From NCBI GenBank assembly GCA_963663235.2, contig CAXXNO010000011.1, forward strand, positions 1 through 64,000: a stretch of DNA of 64,000 nt, read 5' to 3'. The DNA is from Dehalococcoidia bacterium. GTDB lineage: Bacteria > Chloroflexota > Dehalococcoidia > Bin125. The notes under the pieces are model-generated. The model saw only the letters and a program-made list of their open reading frames with translations, searched no databases and was not told the origin of the DNA. The position numbers and the translations under genes are program-made. Shown piece by piece: positions 62,056 to 64,000 of this stretch (the first letter of the stretch is position 1; each line of letters starts with the position of its first letter).

Positions 62056-62465
62056 CTATCACAGGTTCCGAAGATGGCGAAGTGGTCCAGGTCCGCTGCG
62101 AATCCCAGTTCGCTCAAGAGGGTGTCCCCCAGCGCCTGCAAGTAGCGGTGGTGGAGGGCGGCCGTTGCGCCGCAGCGTTGGCAGATCAGATGGTGGTGCC
62201 GGTCCCTGCCCATCCACTCGAACGCGGCTTCCCCGGCGCCCAGGTCCGTCTCCGTGACCAGCCCTGATTCCTTCAGTGCCCCCAACGTGCGATAGACCGT
62301 GCTGGCATCCACGTCCGGATACGCGCGCCGCACCTCTTCCAGCAGCTCGTTCGCACTGCGATGCCCGCCCGCGTGGCGGAGAGCCGCCAGGATGAGCCGC
62401 CGCTGCGGCGTCAAGCGAAGTCCACGCTCGCGGAGGGCCTGGGCTGAAGATTTTTCGCAGGACAT
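62031..62465 (-). CDS. Fur family transcriptional regulator
   Basis: GLRLTPQR, STVYRTL, HHHLICQRCG, GTCDRC. Confidence 0.93.
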   Translation of the reverse strand: MSCEKSSAQALRERGLRLTPQRRLILAALRHAGGHRSANELLEEVRRAYPDVDASTVYRTLGALKESGLVTETDLGAGEAAFEWMGRDRHHHLICQRCGATAALHHRYLQALGDTLLSELGFAADLDHFAIFGTCDRCRSTQSG

Positions 62466-62586
62466 GCGGCCTTCTGGACCTCACTTTAGCAGGAGCGCCG
62501 GGGCCGCCGCCGGGTAGGGTCCCGAGACCGCCGCCGTCGTCGATGCGGGAGCGGCTGTGGAGAGCAGAGAGCGGGAGGTGGCGCGT

Positions 62587-63150
62587 TCAAGCGTCCACGC
62601 CGCCCCGGCGCGTGGCGCGCGGGGCGGCCCGCCCGGCGTGATGCTCCTCGTAGCGGGCGAGGTCGTACAGCACGGATGAGGCGCGATTCAGGTACCGCAT
62701 CGTCTCGGGATTGACCGGGTGGCCCGCATCCCGCAGACGGCTGGCCTCCCGTTCCGCGCGACGGATGATCGTCCTGGCAAGGTCCAGCGCCCCGCCCGCG
62801 GGGGTCTCACCCGGCAGGACGAACTCCTTGGGTGGGGGGGCGTCCGCCTCCAGTTCCTCGGCGATGGCTTCCAGGCGCTCGACATCGGCTGCTGTGGTGC
62901 CGAACTCCGGGGGGGGTTCCTTGTCGGCGGCCACGGCGAGCTCCGCCATGATCAGGTACAGGCGGTGCTGGAGCTCCTTGACGAAGGCGTTGGTCTTGGG
63001 AGCCTCGGCCAGCGCGCGCGCCAGCCCCAGCGCGCTCGACGCCTCGTCGATCGCACCGAAGGTCTCCGGCTGCGGATGATGCTTGGGCACCCGGCTGCCG
63101 CCGAAGAGGGTTGTGCTGCCGTCGTCGCCCTGGCGTGTGTAGTGGGGCAT
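62587..63150 (-). CDS. PduO-type cob(I)alamin adenosyltransferase
   Basis: YTRQGDDGST, GAIDEAS, FVLPG, RRAER, YLNR. Confidence 0.93.
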   Translation of the reverse strand: MPHYTRQGDDGSTTLFGGSRVPKHHPQPETFGAIDEASSALGLARALAEAPKTNAFVKELQHRLYLIMAELAVAADKEPPPEFGTTAADVERLEAIAEELEADAPPPKEFVLPGETPAGGALDLARTIIRRAEREASRLRDAGHPVNPETMRYLNRASSVLYDLARYEEHHAGRAAPRATRRGGVDA

Positions 63151-63194
63151 GGGGCGATTCTAGCCGGGGGCGCCGGCCCGCGCTTGCCCCCGGG

Positions 63195-63713
63195 CTATGG
63201 GGGATCGCTCCCCAGCCCTTCGGCGATGAAGCTGTCGGCCAGCTCCCGGTACGTGCTGCCGAAGTACGCGGCGGCCGTCGACTGCTCCTCGGTGATCGGA
63301 CGCACCTCGGCCGGTACCCCAACAATGAAAGAGCGGTTCGGCACCTTGGTCCCGGGCCGCAGGACCGCGCCCGCGGCGACCACGCAGTTGCTGCCGATCT
63401 CCGCGCCGTCCAGGAGCGTCGCGTGGTTGCCGATGAGCGTGTCGTCGCCGATGCGACTGCAATGCACCACGACGTTATGGCCGATTGTGACGTTATCGCC
63501 GATCTCGATCGGATCGCCCTGGTGCAGCGTGGAGTTGTCCTCGATGTGCGTGTTGCGGCCGATGCGGATCGAGGCGAAGTCGGCGCGGATCACGGCGCCG
63601 GGCCACACCGAGGACCCCTCGCCGATCGTGACGTCGCCGACGACATAGGCGGCTTCGCTGATGAAGGCCGATGGCGCGATCTGTGGCGTCTTGCCCCGGT
63701 AGCTGCGGATCAT
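63195..63713 (-). CDS. Gamma carbonic anhydrase family (YrdA-like) protein
   Basis: Hexapeptide repeats, VIRAD, TIGHNVVVH. Confidence 0.92.
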   Translation of the reverse strand: MIRSYRGKTPQIAPSAFISEAAYVVGDVTIGEGSSVWPGAVIRADFASIRIGRNTHIEDNSTLHQGDPIEIGDNVTIGHNVVVHCSRIGDDTLIGNHATLLDGAEIGSNCVVAAGAVLRPGTKVPNRSFIVGVPAEVRPITEEQSTAAAYFGSTYRELADSFIAEGLGSDPP

Positions 63714-63760
63714 TGGGCGGCAGAATAGCGCGCCCGCGCCGGTGGCTCAATGCGCGATGC

Positions 63761-64000
63761 TCACACCAGGTACACGGTGGCGACGCCCGGCCGGCCCTGG
63801 CGATCGAGAGCCGGCAGGCTTTGCATCCGCGGCCTCGGCCGATCGCCCAACACGTGCTCGGCGATCATCCCGTGCAGCCGCACGACGGATCCCTGCGCGG
63901 CCATTTCCTTGATGTGCGGGAGGTCGAGGAATTCGGCGGCATCGACCTCGTGGCCGTCGGGCGCCGGCGGGCCGGCCGCGTTTACCGCGAGGGCGACGAA
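63761..64000 (-). CDS. Partial CDS (C-terminus only), possibly a NUDIX hydrolase
   Basis: Open frame from the window edge with PDGHEVDAAEF motif; Nudix box not visible. Confidence 0.4.
   Translation of the reverse strand, partial: FVALAVNAAGPPAPDGHEVDAAEFLDLPHIKEMAAQGSVVRLHGMIAEHVLGDRPRPRMQSLPALDRQGRPGVATVYLV

Noticed and set aside
63761-64000. Link between the possible NUDIX gene and the A:T>C:G signature via MutT
   Set aside because: Only a C-terminal fragment is visible, its identity as NUDIX or MutT is unproven, and proximity is likely coincidental.

Overview
GC-rich bacterial window. Gene content (F420 enzymes, LLM oxidoreductase, RidA, SDR and hydantoinase paralogs) suggests a Dehalococcoidia/SAR202-like Chloroflexota, but this is an inference because no marker gene is present. 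Layout: 0-27 kb catabolic and secreted-protein genes (hydantoinase A plus two B subunits, PEP carboxylase, CocE/NonD, subtilisin, SDRs, aminotransferase). 27.8-48.4 kb accessory region with IS3, IS6 and IS481-like elements, a phage/satellite-like integrase-methyltransferase module next to a tRNA-Lys 3' fragment, and an McrBC system. 48.5-64 kb core genes (ferredoxin, npdG/cofE, a Fur-polyprenyl synthase-shc-hpnCDE hopanoid operon, PduO). The most striking signal is that transposase genes from three IS families carry dense, nearly one-directional A>C / T>G (A:T to C:G) missense changes that destroy conserved motifs, while adjacent non-IS genes look clean. This resembles a targeted, RIP-like hypermutation of mobile elements. 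A second signal is an unnamed ~70-aa domain shared by two otherwise unrelated secreted proteins.
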